Below, one piece after another: positions 63,831-64,000 of a DNA stretch of 64,000 nt. Below the pieces are notes generated by a model. The model worked only from the letters and a program-made list of their open reading frames with translations. It was not told the DNA's origin and ran no database searches. Within the stretch, counting starts at the first letter, position 1, and every line of letters starts with the position of its first letter. Source of the stretch: Macrostomum hystrix (lineage: Eukaryota > Animalia > Platyhelminthes); the NCBI GenBank assembly GCA_950097015.1, contig CATNEN010000034.1, positions 7,378,001 to 7,442,000 of the forward strand, given 5' to 3'. The translations under genes were made by a program, and so were the position numbers.

Positions 63831-64000
63831 GGCCAACCCTATTCCGGCACGCACCCCAAGCGTGTGACACGAGCGGGCGGCCCCCACCCCCTCTACTGCA
63901 ACCCCCACTATCCCTTAACTAGGGCCCCCACATACATTTCATACATAACCGCGAGAACACGCGAGCACACCTTCACCTACACGACGTGACCTATACAATT

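Overview
This window is eukaryotic (animal) genomic DNA, not prokaryotic. It has GC-rich exons, GT-AG introns and about 33 different minisatellite arrays that by my rough tally cover about 45% of the window. The arrays generate most of the long ORFs in the supplied track, and those ORFs are spurious. The style, plus an ATG-less gene that fits a flatworm spliced leader, suggests a Macrostomum-like flatworm (inference). Genes reconstructed by hand: (1) a co-oriented minus-strand housekeeping trio TSR2 -> SARS2 (mitochondrial SerRS lacking most of its helical arm) -> MED6, possibly a trans-spliced operon; (2) two tandem plus-strand paralogs (A 17859-23403, B 25027-33608) of an uncharacterised, probably nucleic-acid-binding family with a C14orf93/DUF4616-like C-terminus; (3) a six-exon STAT (36504-44629); (4) a secreted 8-Cys knottin-like peptide (45703-45957, minus). 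Mobile elements include hAT MITEs with 8-bp TSDs, an internally deleted Tc1, two tRNA-derived SINE families and a Crypton-type recombinase remnant. The best new signal is in paralog B: four homologous 77-nt exons (28654-28730, 30053-30129, 30316-30392, 31031-31107), all phase 1->0 with GTAAG donors. Only one can be used per mRNA, so they form a mutually exclusive cassette that would swap a basic, putative recognition helix.
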